Below are positions 27,732 through 35,497 of a stretch of DNA of 37,312 bases, one piece after another. The DNA comes from a virus (lineage: Duplodnaviria > Caudoviricetes). Location: the IMG/VR virus record IMGVR_UViG_3300033067_000845, positions 1 through 37,312 of that record. One strand, written 5' to 3'. A program made the position numbers and the translations under genes. Each line of letters begins with the position of its first letter. Positions within the stretch are counted from its first letter, which is position 1. Below the pieces are notes generated by a model, which worked only from the letters and a program-made list of their open reading frames with translations, was not told the origin of the DNA and ran no database searches.

Positions 27732-27760
27732 ATTTTTCAAATAACTACTTATATTATACA

Positions 27761-28849
27761 TCATTTAATAAATGACAGTATGTGAGCTACTACATCGCAG
27801 TTAAATGCGTTACCAAGACATTTATATCTTTGAGTATTTGAAATACCCTCGGTGTAATTATCGGGTAATCCTTGGAGGCGTTCACACTCTATAGGAGTAA
27901 GCTTGCGAATAATCGAATTTTCTTCTACCATACTATCAGTTTGGACAGTAGTCATTGAATTAGCTTTGCCTGTTCTGTTATATTCAGGTTTTTTCCCTTG
28001 ACCCCTGTTTCTCAATGCTACTGGTATAGCGTATAATCCAGTTTTTGCTCCTCTGCCACCACCAAGAGCTGATAGGCCGACTGATTTACCTTCAGGTGAA
28101 TAGATCCTATCTCCTTGACCACCTTTGTTAATTGTTCCAATTCTAATTGTATCCCAATTATGTCTATCATTTATTCCACTTCCACGACCAGATGATCTAA
28201 CAGTATTTGACTTAGGTTTTACTATAAAAGAATCATCTACCTTTGGCTCTAAAATATCTTTTAATAAAATATTTTTATCCTGTGGCTGTGAGATTGCTAG
28301 AGTATAATAATTTTCTCCACCCATTGTCTTTGTAAAATCATTTCTTATACCTACCCAAAACAATCTTTTTCTATTCTGTGCTGATACAAGTGCTGCATTT
28401 ATCATAGTAGGTTCTACACCTAGTGTCTTGGTTATTACTTCCTTTGCTTCTTTTGGCATACTAGCCACATTTTCTAGTATAAAATATTTAGGCTTTATTT
28501 CTTTTAGAATACGAACATACTCCCAAAATAGGCCACTACGCTCTCCAGAAAGTCCTTTGCGGTTTTTCTTTGCTATTGATAGATCCTGGCAAGGTGAGCC
28601 ACCTATAAGCAAATCAATGTGTTTATATTCTATAGCTTCTTTTGGAAAATCAAAAATACTTCTACCAACTCCACCATTATTTATATTTTTAACATCACCT
28701 AATTGAATTATATCAGGATAGTTCTTACTTGATATCTGAATGGCATACTTATCAACTTCACTAGCATAATACGCTTCTACAGGTATTCCTGCCCTTTCTA
28801 AGGCTACTCTAGCACAAGATATTCCATCAAATAGTGATAATATTTTCAT
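27761..28849 (-). CDS. DNA (cytosine-5)-methyltransferase
   Basis: LSLFDGIS (I), GGSPCQ (IV), ENV (VI), QNRKRLFW (VIII), RKLTPIECERLQG (IX), LGNA (X). Confidence 0.95.
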   Translation of the reverse strand: MKILSLFDGISCARVALERAGIPVEAYYASEVDKYAIQISSKNYPDIIQLGDVKNINNGGVGRSIFDFPKEAIEYKHIDLLIGGSPCQDLSIAKKNRKGLSGERSGLFWEYVRILKEIKPKYFILENVASMPKEAKEVITKTLGVEPTMINAALVSAQNRKRLFWVGIRNDFTKTMGGENYYTLAISQPQDKNILLKDILEPKVDDSFIVKPKSNTVRSSGRGSGINDRHNWDTIRIGTINKGGQGDRIYSPEGKSVGLSALGGGRGAKTGLYAIPVALRNRGQGKKPEYNRTGKANSMTTVQTDSMVEENSIIRKLTPIECERLQGLPDNYTEGISNTQRYKCLGNAFNCDVVAHILSFIK

Positions 28850-28860
28850 ATATTTATTGT

Positions 28861-29055
28861 ATCAAATACAAGCACATGCGGAGGTAGTGATTTGCCGTTT
28901 ACCCTACGAGATACCCATAGAGCTTCGTATAGTCACACTACATGCAAAGACTCTCCAGTCTAAGGGTGATTTTTTGTTTATCGTGAGGGTCTCATACCTC
29001 ATGCTAGTTAATTTATGTCTACTTTTCCATCACTCCGCATGTGTCTGTATTTGAT
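28861..29055 (-). ncRNA. tRNA-Leu-like scaffold with insertions on a 23-bp closing stem
   Basis: Minus strand: acceptor-like TGCGGAG/CTCCGCA, TG, D-arm ATG-GAAAAGTAGA-CAT, T-stem GTAGTG/CACTAC whose loop TG..CAAAT is split by a 39-nt insert; closing IR 28861-28883/29033-29055. Confidence 0.65.
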
Positions 29056-29077
29056 TATAGTTTAGAGACTTTGCGGT

Positions 29078-29281
29078 CTATTTAATTATTGATTCACTTG
29101 TCTTTCCAATATCAACACCATAAACATTGCACACCAGAATGAACATAATATACCTATTGTCTATAATAGACTTATCAAGAATAACCCAACCTTCTGATAT
29201 AAGATTTATAACGGTTGACATGTTTGTTGAGGGAAAACGCCCGTCAACTAATATATATTGTGTTTTCATCTCTTTATTCAT
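29078..29281 (-). CDS. Hypothetical protein
   Basis: ORF track; overlaps the upstream gene. Confidence 0.65.
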   Translation of the reverse strand: MNKEMKTQYILVDGRFPSTNMSTVINLISEGWVILDKSIIDNRYIMFILVCNVYGVDIGKTSESIIK

Positions 29282-29540
29282 TATTTGACAACCAATCTTG
29301 GAATAAATAATCTAGAGATTCTTTCTCTAATTTAGAAAGTTCTCTTATGATTTCAGAAAGACTCTTTTCAGTCTGCGTTTTTGTTCCAAAGAATGAATAG
29401 TTATCTTTTTTAAATTCTATAATCTTTTCTCCCATAGGAGTTTTTACTATTACTGATGGTGAAATACCATCTGCTTTAGTAATTATTCTAATCGGTAATC
29501 TTGTAAATTCTTGTAAGTTTGTATTAGCAGTTGTTGCCAT
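29274..29540 (-). CDS. Hypothetical protein
   Basis: ORF track; A-rich leader. Confidence 0.7.
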   Translation of the reverse strand: MATTANTNLQEFTRLPIRIITKADGISPSVIVKTPMGEKIIEFKKDNYSFFGTKTQTEKSLSEIIRELSKLEKESLDYLFQDWLSNNE

Positions 29541-29558
29541 ATATTTATTTATTATCTC

Positions 29559-29861
29559 TTAATAGCCATTGCCATAGCCATTGCCATAGCCATCGCCATC
29601 GCCATAGCCATTGCCATAGCCATTGCCATCGCCATTGCCAGAGCCATCGCCATAGCCATTGCCAGAGCCATCGCCATCGCCATTGCCAGAGCCATCGCCA
29701 TAGCCATCGCCATAGCCATTGCCAGAGCCATTGCCAGAGCCATCGCCATCGCCATTGCCAGAGCCATCGCCATCGCCATAGCCATTGCCATCGCCATAGC
29801 CATCGCCATAGCCATAATTTATACCAATTACTTGGTTTTCTGCTGTTAAAAATGTGTTCAT
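29559..29861 (-). CDS. Gly-X dipeptide repeat protein (GYGDGNGSG...)
   Basis: ATG 29861 directly after the stop of 29863..30192; MNTFLTAENQVIGINY then ~42 G-[YDNS] units. Confidence 0.7.
   Translation of the reverse strand: MNTFLTAENQVIGINYGYGDGYGDGNGYGDGDGSGNGDGDGSGNGSGNGYGDGYGDGSGNGDGDGSGNGYGDGSGNGDGNGYGNGYGDGDGYGNGYGNGY
29562..29816. repeat. 6-bp tandem repeat (GGC-NAT/TCT on minus strand)
   Basis: gccata/gccatt/gccatc/gccaga units over ~250 bp. Confidence 0.95.
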
Positions 29862-29862
29862 A

Positions 29863-30192
29863 TTATTTCCATGCTTCCTCATTAACATCCATTCTAGCCA
29901 CCATCGTTAATTTATTAAAGTGAATATTAGGAGTAGCGTCTAAGATTGTATTTGGCAATTTTCCATTTTCCGCCAATTCACCGAGTCCTTTTGTTGTACC
30001 CCACTTTCTAACTACAAATGCGTTTGTTAGAGTACAATCATTTCCTTTTTCTGAATACTCACCCATAACTACCCAGCCACGATTAAGAATAACTATTTGC
30101 TTTTTTGTTGGTTTAATATTCTTCTTTGATAGTTGAACCTTTACATCCTTTTCTAAAACATATACCTCATTATTTAATGTTACTGTTTTCAT
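29863..30192 (-). CDS. Conserved phage protein (DUF6948-like, small beta-barrel), partner of the Gly-X repeat gene
   Basis: IVILNRGWVVMG...VVRKWGTTKGLGELAENG motif; family name from recall. Confidence 0.65.
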   Translation of the reverse strand: MKTVTLNNEVYVLEKDVKVQLSKKNIKPTKKQIVILNRGWVVMGEYSEKGNDCTLTNAFVVRKWGTTKGLGELAENGKLPNTILDATPNIHFNKLTMVARMDVNEEAWK

Positions 30193-30231
30193 ATTTATAT
30201 TATTAGTTTAATGACATTTCGGTCTTATTAA

Positions 30232-30504
30232 TTATTTATACTGTTCTTTATCTAATAATTCCTTCCATGCTTTAAGTTTAGCTTCTATTAAAGTAGTTTT
30301 ATCAGATTCCCCCAACATCTCTTCGTATTCTGATATCATTTTTGAGATGAAGAAGGATTTGATATTTGGTAAGAGTTTAGATGAAACATCACCCATATGT
30401 TCTGCATTTACAGCTTTTACTTTTTCTCCACCACCCCATCCATTTTCTTCATAATAATAAGCTATCTTATCAAACTCCTCTATTATCTCTTTTGGTGTAC
30501 TCAT
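30232..30504 (-). CDS. Hypothetical protein
   Basis: ORF track. Confidence 0.7.
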   Translation of the reverse strand: MSTPKEIIEEFDKIAYYYEENGWGGGEKVKAVNAEHMGDVSSKLLPNIKSFFISKMISEYEEMLGESDKTTLIEAKLKAWKELLDKEQYK

Positions 30505-30541
30505 TGTTTTGTGATTAATTTTTTAATGTCATGTTATTTAA

Positions 30542-31621
30542 TTAACTTTCATGTAATAAAGGTACTTGTCTTAACCACATTTCTTCTGTTATACCCTGCT
30601 TTCTTGCCATAGCTTCTTTAACCGTCTTTGATTCCCACACACCACTGACATACTCATTTTTTGTTGATGGACATGTATACCACATAAAGTGTACATCTTT
30701 AACAAACAAATCTCCTTTAGGAAACTCCCACAGTTCATACTTAACATCTTCACCATTTATGTTTGACTTAGTATGTTTGTCTAGGCATTTTGCATTTTGT
30801 ATTTTTGCAAACTCGTGAAAATCTCCATACTTCATCGCTTGGGTTCTTTGGTCTACATCTACAATTGCCATTATTTCAGACATAGGCATTTTCCTTGATA
30901 CAACTTTTGTCCATAAATCTTTTTCAAACCTTACTCCATTTAAGAAGAAAAGCTCTTGACCTCCTTTCCATCTTATTGCTGGAATAGTATCAGAATGAAA
31001 TTGATTCAAATTATTTATCCTAACTATTGGTGTTGGTACTAGGTACAATGTGTCTTTAAATTCAATTCTATAACCCAACCCAGCTTCCTTTGCTTGCATT
31101 AATAATTCACAGTATTCTAAATACTTGTAATCATTCTCATTAGGTGGTAATTCTTTATTGGGATTTTTACAGTATTCGTATCCAAAAACATAATAATCAA
31201 AATCATAATCTAATGCTGACCTTGCTGACATTGCTGACCTTGCTGACCATGCTGACCTTGCTGACCATGCTGACCTTGCTGACCTTGCTGACATTGCTGA
31301 CCATGCTGACATTGCTGACCATGCTGACCCTGCTGACCCTGCTGACATTGCTGACCCTGCTGACCATGCTGACCCTGCTAACCCTGCTAACCCTGCTGAC
31401 CCTGCTGACCATGCTGACATTGCTGACCTTGCTGACCTTTGGAAATCTTTGTCGTTTAAATCTACACACCACTTTACTTTTTTAGGTCTATCTAGGTTAA
31501 ATAAATCATAAGTCTTCATTATTAACTCCTCTGATAGTTTTTTATCAAGCGTAAAATCACTTCGTTCAACATTTCTACACTGCCTGTCTATTAATTCTTG
31601 TGTTTCTTTTGAATACTTCAT
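30542..31621 (-). CDS. DUF6745-like protein with internal (SAx)25 repeat
   Basis: FHSDTIPAIRWKGGQELFFLNGVRF, I..VDQR..AM, CPSTKNEY and EAMA motifs; N-terminal YDLFNLDRPKKVKW; family name from recall. Confidence 0.75.
   Translation of the reverse strand: MKYSKETQELIDRQCRNVERSDFTLDKKLSEELIMKTYDLFNLDRPKKVKWCVDLNDKDFQRSARSAMSAWSAGSAGLAGLAGSAWSAGSAMSAGSAGSAWSAMSAWSAMSARSARSAWSARSAWSARSAMSARSALDYDFDYYVFGYEYCKNPNKELPPNENDYKYLEYCELLMQAKEAGLGYRIEFKDTLYLVPTPIVRINNLNQFHSDTIPAIRWKGGQELFFLNGVRFEKDLWTKVVSRKMPMSEIMAIVDVDQRTQAMKYGDFHEFAKIQNAKCLDKHTKSNINGEDVKYELWEFPKGDLFVKDVHFMWYTCPSTKNEYVSGVWESKTVKEAMARKQGITEEMWLRQVPLLHES
31211..31435. repeat. 9-bp coding minisatellite, 25 units
   Basis: Minus strand TCAGCA+AGG/TGG/ATG/GGG (two units TTAGCA; last unit ends TTA). 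Confidence 0.95.
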
Positions 31622-31626
31622 AAATA

Positions 31627-31953
31627 TTAATCTATTACTTTTCTAGTAATTGAATTTGCGAAATGGTCTACCTCTTCTTCTTGGAATTTTGTATATATTC
31701 CAGGCGGAATTATAAGTGTTTTATGTTCTTCGTGTGTTAATTTACCCTCTGATTTTAATTCAAAAAAATAATTACCTTTGTCATCTTTTGTTATAACTAA
31801 ATCTTCTGGTCTGTTTACCGTAAGTACGTGCCTGTGTCCCGTTGTCTCTCCTAATCCTAATACAAAACTACCATTATGCTGTACAATCTCGCCATCTACT
31901 TTTTTAATTGGATGAAGATTAATATCTCCATGTCTATAACTTATATTTTTCAT
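31627..31953 (-). CDS. His-rich beta protein (R[HQ]GD...GETTGH.H...HEEH), partner of the DUF6745-like gene
   Basis: YRHGDI, LGLGETTGHRHVL, LTHEEH...IPPGIY motifs. Confidence 0.75.
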   Translation of the reverse strand: MKNISYRHGDINLHPIKKVDGEIVQHNGSFVLGLGETTGHRHVLTVNRPEDLVITKDDKGNYFFELKSEGKLTHEEHKTLIIPPGIYTKFQEEEVDHFANSITRKVID

Positions 31954-31959
31954 ATTTTT

Positions 31960-32151
31960 TTATTTAATCCCCTTAATTATTGCTAATAATGTTACAAATA
32001 AAAACAACCAAGCAAACTGTATCGTAAATACTACCGCCCAAAACCATGAACCAGTAAGTGTGTGTAAATGTTTTACAATAAACCCTGCAAGCACAAACAT
32101 TACTGTGTAAAATGGTATGACTATGTATAATGGATAATGATCTTCATTCAT
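31960..32151 (-). CDS. Small membrane protein (2 TM)
   Basis: Two hydrophobic segments. Confidence 0.7.
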   Translation of the reverse strand: MNEDHYPLYIVIPFYTVMFVLAGFIVKHLHTLTGSWFWAVVFTIQFAWLFLFVTLLAIIKGIK

Positions 32152-32437
32152 GCTTTTTAGTATATCGCATGATAATTCCTTGTCTAGTGACCCCTGTGAA
32201 TAACTTTCTTTCCATCTTACGCCTTTTCTTCTCGATCTTTAAATAGTCTGAGTACATCATGACCTTGTTGGGCTTTTCTATATGCGGTGGTCTTGGACCT
32301 CCAATATTAGGCTTATTAATTACCTTCATACCCATTCTTAGTCTCCACTTTCTTGCCCATTCTCTCTTGTATGCTAGATACCTTTCACGATTCTTCTGCT
32401 TCCATTCTTTTTGTTTTTTAGGGTGTACGTATGTCAT
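32144..32437 (-). CDS. Basic hypothetical protein
   Basis: K/R/W-rich helix; ATGA coupling. Confidence 0.65.
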   Translation of the reverse strand: MTYVHPKKQKEWKQKNRERYLAYKREWARKWRLRMGMKVINKPNIGGPRPPHIEKPNKVMMYSDYLKIEKKRRKMERKLFTGVTRQGIIMRYTKKHE

Positions 32438-32802
32438 ACAACAATAGTTGCTATTTCTTTGGCCCTAGTAGCTGTTAATGATTTACGATCACTCATCTTA
32501 ACTTCATTGCACCAGTCATTAATATCAATCATACAAAAGAAATCAGGGTATTTAATAACAACAAAGGCATCAACACCGACCATTGAAAAACAGTCGTATG
32601 GATTTTGCATACCCAGATCAGGTATCTTATAAACAAACACGCCATTCTTTACATTCTTTAACGCTTGAACTTGGTGCGGTACTACAGCATTGAAAGCGAT
32701 TGATTGACCCTTAGTCTGCTTAAGCTCATAAGCTCCAGTCTTCTTATAGACATTTTTTAACCAGTGGTTGAAGTGTGTGTTGAAGTTAGCTTCGTGTTTC
32801 AT
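32434..32802 (-). CDS. RecU-like/PD-(D/E)xK nuclease (putative Holliday junction resolvase)
   Basis: EANF, YELKQTK, HQVQAL and YKIPD...PYDCF motifs. Confidence 0.65.
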   Translation of the reverse strand: MKHEANFNTHFNHWLKNVYKKTGAYELKQTKGQSIAFNAVVPHQVQALKNVKNGVFVYKIPDLGMQNPYDCFSMVGVDAFVVIKYPDFFCMIDINDWCNEVKMSDRKSLTATRAKEIATIVV

Positions 32803-32986
32803 TTAATTTAACAATTTTAAATTTCATATTACTAGTTTCGAGATCATATTTTTTTAAATTTTTCATACAAGCTAGAGCCTTTTTTTTGCTACACCAAACC
32901 ATACCACCAATACCCCATGATTGAGTTGTGTTCATATCATCAATAACATTTGTCCATAGTTTTTTACCTAAAAAAATTGTGTACAT
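32786..32986 (-). CDS. Hypothetical protein
   Basis: ORF track; abuts the helicase stop. Confidence 0.6.
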   Translation of the reverse strand: MYTIFLGKKLWTNVIDDMNTTQSWGIGGMVWCSKKKALACMKNLKKYDLETSNMKFKIVKLNETRS

Positions 32987-34204
32987 TTATTTCCTATACA
33001 AATTAATACTAAAATCTTTCTTTGAATTAATACTATCATACACCGCCTGATCGAGACTGTCACCCTCTGTTAATAAGTACACAAAGGTAGTCTTAGTTGG
33101 CTTATCGATCCTCAAAAACCTACCGCAAATCTGCACGAATTTGGCATATGAATAAGACATCGAAGCAAAGATGCACAAGCCTATAGACGGCAAGTTATAG
33201 CCCTCTGCACAATCAGCCTGGATAAGTACTATAGCCTTGTCAGCCTTTTCAACAGCTAAAGTTACAGCATCTCGATCCTTAATATCACCCCTTATGATAA
33301 ACGGCTTGTATTCCTTAAGTAGTTGGCTCAAAACATCAATCTGTGCGTTGTAACGGCAAATAATGGCTACCTTATCGTTCTCCTTAACAAGCTCAGTTAT
33401 ACGCTCATTTTTATCACAATCAAAAGTCTTTAAGGCTCTAAACTCATTAGCCAACAGCACTCCATTCTCAATCTCGTGTTGCATAGTGTATCTGACAATA
33501 GGTAGCGGATCATAGGCTTCCTCAATAGCTTTCTCTTGCTCCTTAGTCAGTGCAAAATACTCTGGCTCGCAGTGTATCTGTGGAGGTACATCAATGCAGT
33601 CATTAATATCAACAACACTGGCTATCTTCTTCGTAAGCTCGGCTAGCTTCTTGGTGATGTTCTTCTTTGGCATTGGTATAATCCTCATACCCATGCGTAT
33701 CTGATCGAAGAAAGCATAATTGAAGCTAGTCCAGTTCCACTTGTGTCCTAACAGCACAGCTAACTGATATATATTCCACGGAGATGAAGTGTAGACCGTA
33801 GCTGATAAGAGTAGAACACGAGGTACTTTGTGCTTCTTGATATAGTTACGCAATGCTTTAGACATCTGACTTTTGAAGTGAGGTGTCAGAAAGCCATTGT
33901 GACATTCGTCTACGATCAATTGACTATGTGCAGGTAATTCATCCCAGTCTCTTCTAAATTCTTCCTTACTTATAACAGTATAATAATCAAAACCTTGAAA
34001 TGAAAACTTATCAATTTCTCTCTCCCAATTTGTTTTTAGTGCTTTTGGAGAAATTATTAATACATGACCTCTATATTTTTCGGGATTATAATTAGCTGAC
34101 CAACCCAACGCAGTCCTTGTCTTCCCCGTCCCCGTACTCCAGACAAGGGCTATCTTATTTGGGTTTGTCTTTAAAAATTCTTTTTGGTGTTGGTATAATT
34201 CCAT
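32987..34204 (-). CDS. SF2 (SNF2-like) DNA helicase
   Basis: LYQHQ Q-motif, TGTGKT, VDECH, LSAT, AEGYNL, QICGRFLR. Confidence 0.9.
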   Translation of the reverse strand: MELYQHQKEFLKTNPNKIALVWSTGTGKTRTALGWSANYNPEKYRGHVLIISPKALKTNWEREIDKFSFQGFDYYTVISKEEFRRDWDELPAHSQLIVDECHNGFLTPHFKSQMSKALRNYIKKHKVPRVLLLSATVYTSSPWNIYQLAVLLGHKWNWTSFNYAFFDQIRMGMRIIPMPKKNITKKLAELTKKIASVVDINDCIDVPPQIHCEPEYFALTKEQEKAIEEAYDPLPIVRYTMQHEIENGVLLANEFRALKTFDCDKNERITELVKENDKVAIICRYNAQIDVLSQLLKEYKPFIIRGDIKDRDAVTLAVEKADKAIVLIQADCAEGYNLPSIGLCIFASMSYSYAKFVQICGRFLRIDKPTKTTFVYLLTEGDSLDQAVYDSINSKKDFSINLYRK

Positions 34205-34208
34205 TATC

Positions 34209-34228
34209 CAGCACCCGTAAAGGTGCTG
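34209..34228 (-). promoter_or_regulatory. GC-rich hairpin 4 nt upstream of the helicase ATG
   Basis: CAGCACC-tttacg-GGTGCTG; no U-tract. Confidence 0.5.
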
Positions 34229-34237
34229 AGAATAGAA

Positions 34238-34717
34238 TTACTTTCCCTCAAACTCATCTAGTGGATCCTTATTTGCCTCTAACCATTCTGTATCCATCTC
34301 ATATTTACCATTCTCATCCTTTGGAGTGTATACAGTAATAAGTTTTGTAGGATTGTAACCCTTTGTCTTTGCTGGTAATTCCTCCTTAAACTTTAGTCCG
34401 AATATCTGTCCGATTTTAACCTTATCCATTCTACTGTCGATAATCTTTCTTCCACCAACTGAAACAATATCACCCTCACTTGGCTCTACTGCTTCTTCAA
34501 TAACTTTCTTCTTCTCATCTAGTAAATGATACTTACTTGATCTAACCTTAACCAAATAAATATTTTGCATCTCACCATTCTTGTCTGGTAATGTGCTTTT
34601 AACTTTCTTACGATCAACTAATGTTCCTAAAACATAGTCACCAATCTCATTGAATCCAACGAAGTCATTTTTAGCTTCATTTGACTCATCATCCCACGAT
34701 ACTTTTTTATTTGCCAT
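34238..34717 (-). CDS. Putative single-stranded DNA-binding protein
   Basis: Beta-rich OB-like core (GDYVLGTLV, GQIFGLKF, KGYNPTKLITVY), acidic C-terminus, replication context. Confidence 0.6.
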   Translation of the reverse strand: MANKKVSWDDESNEAKNDFVGFNEIGDYVLGTLVDRKKVKSTLPDKNGEMQNIYLVKVRSSKYHLLDEKKKVIEEAVEPSEGDIVSVGGRKIIDSRMDKVKIGQIFGLKFKEELPAKTKGYNPTKLITVYTPKDENGKYEMDTEWLEANKDPLDEFEGK

Positions 34718-34763
34718 AATATTTTATCTTGCTTAAATTTATAATATATCTTGATTTTTGACC

Positions 34764-34864
34764 AGATGCGTGCCAAACCTTGGTTTTCAGTTACTTCGTT
34801 CCGTTCTAAGCGTCCTTGTACTTGTAGTTGGTTCACTATACTCACCAAGGTTCAGCACACATCT
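34764..34864 (-). ncRNA. Intergenic RNA element closed by a 21-bp stem
   Basis: Minus strand AGATGTGTGCTGAACCTTGGT / ACCAAGGTTTGGCACGCATCT; all three non-Watson-Crick positions are GU pairs on this strand. Confidence 0.7.
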
Positions 34865-34900
34865 TATTTATTAAGACAGTCTAAAGTATATCGCATCATT

Positions 34901-35497
34901 CTATTGAGTCAATGCCTTGTTATCCACATACTCCTGCATCTTTTTAACTGTATCTTGTATGCGTATTGAGAACTTTAAAATATCAGTCATTGTTCTTTTT
35001 GTTATAAATGATTTTATGTTTTTCTCTATGTCCTTAACAAAAGAAATATCAAAATTTCCAAAGTCTTGCGTTGGCATCCAGTACAAAGTTGTCTCTACAT
35101 CTTTTGGATCAATTTTGTTTATTAACCAATTCATTAATAGATACATATTTATCTGTCCATGATTATCAACTCTTTCTTGTGTCCATTCTCTCTTTCCTGT
35201 CTTATACTCTGCCAAAAATTTAAATGTCTTATCACAAAAGCTATCTGCGTAACCAACCATTTTAATTCCATCTAGTGTGGCGCTAAAAGGATGCTCCATC
35301 TTTGAGAACCTTTTAATACTTGGCAAGAATGTCGGATCAGTCTCTAGCTTCTTTCCTATCTCTTTACCAAATTTCATTTCAGCACTTTCCTCTTGCTTCT
35401 CCTTTAATACATAACGCCTAAACCACTGCTCTGGATTGTATTCAAAGCTAGATATAGCACTCCATGACAATGGTCTTTCATCAAAATTTAACTTCAT
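34901..35497 (-). CDS. PD-(D/E)xK exonuclease (Cas4/RecB-like, no Fe-S cysteines)
   Basis: LSWSAISSF, GKEI, MEHPF, GYAD, EYKTG, QINMY. Confidence 0.85.
   Translation of the reverse strand: MKLNFDERPLSWSAISSFEYNPEQWFRRYVLKEKQEESAEMKFGKEIGKKLETDPTFLPSIKRFSKMEHPFSATLDGIKMVGYADSFCDKTFKFLAEYKTGKREWTQERVDNHGQINMYLLMNWLINKIDPKDVETTLYWMPTQDFGNFDISFVKDIEKNIKSFITKRTMTDILKFSIRIQDTVKKMQEYVDNKALTQ

Noticed and set aside
28857-29054. 65-aa plus-strand ORF (also 34627-34848 and 34751-34969)
   Set aside because: Coincide with structured RNA elements, have non-ATG or poor starts, and two oppose the local gene direction.
27574-29055. Canonical tRNA-Cys/tRNA-Leu or tmRNA genes
   Set aside because: No proper 7-nt anticodon loop, no CCA, over-long acceptor helices and no tag reading frame; reported as tRNA-like instead.
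29531-29923. Alternative-frame ORFs over the 6-bp repeat (MAMAMA..., HSHCHR...)
   Set aside because: By-products of a stop-free repeat; the Gly-X frame has a coupled start and a unique N-terminus.
29562-31435. 6-bp and 9-bp tandem arrays as CRISPR arrays
   Set aside because: No unique spacers; units are contiguous and coding.
31144-31485. ORFs LTLLTM... (+) and VSKVSM... (-)
   Set aside because: Shadow frames of the 9-bp repeat inside the 359-aa gene.
34920-34928. Fourth TTATCCACA match
   Set aside because: Inside the nuclease coding sequence and not clearly linked to a -35/-10 pair; may be chance, though it has the same orientation class reversed and lies ~55 nt from an RNA element.
34901-35497. 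Cas4/CRISPR-associated system
   Set aside because: Lacks the four Fe-S cysteines; no array or other cas genes; ordinary phage recombination nuclease context.
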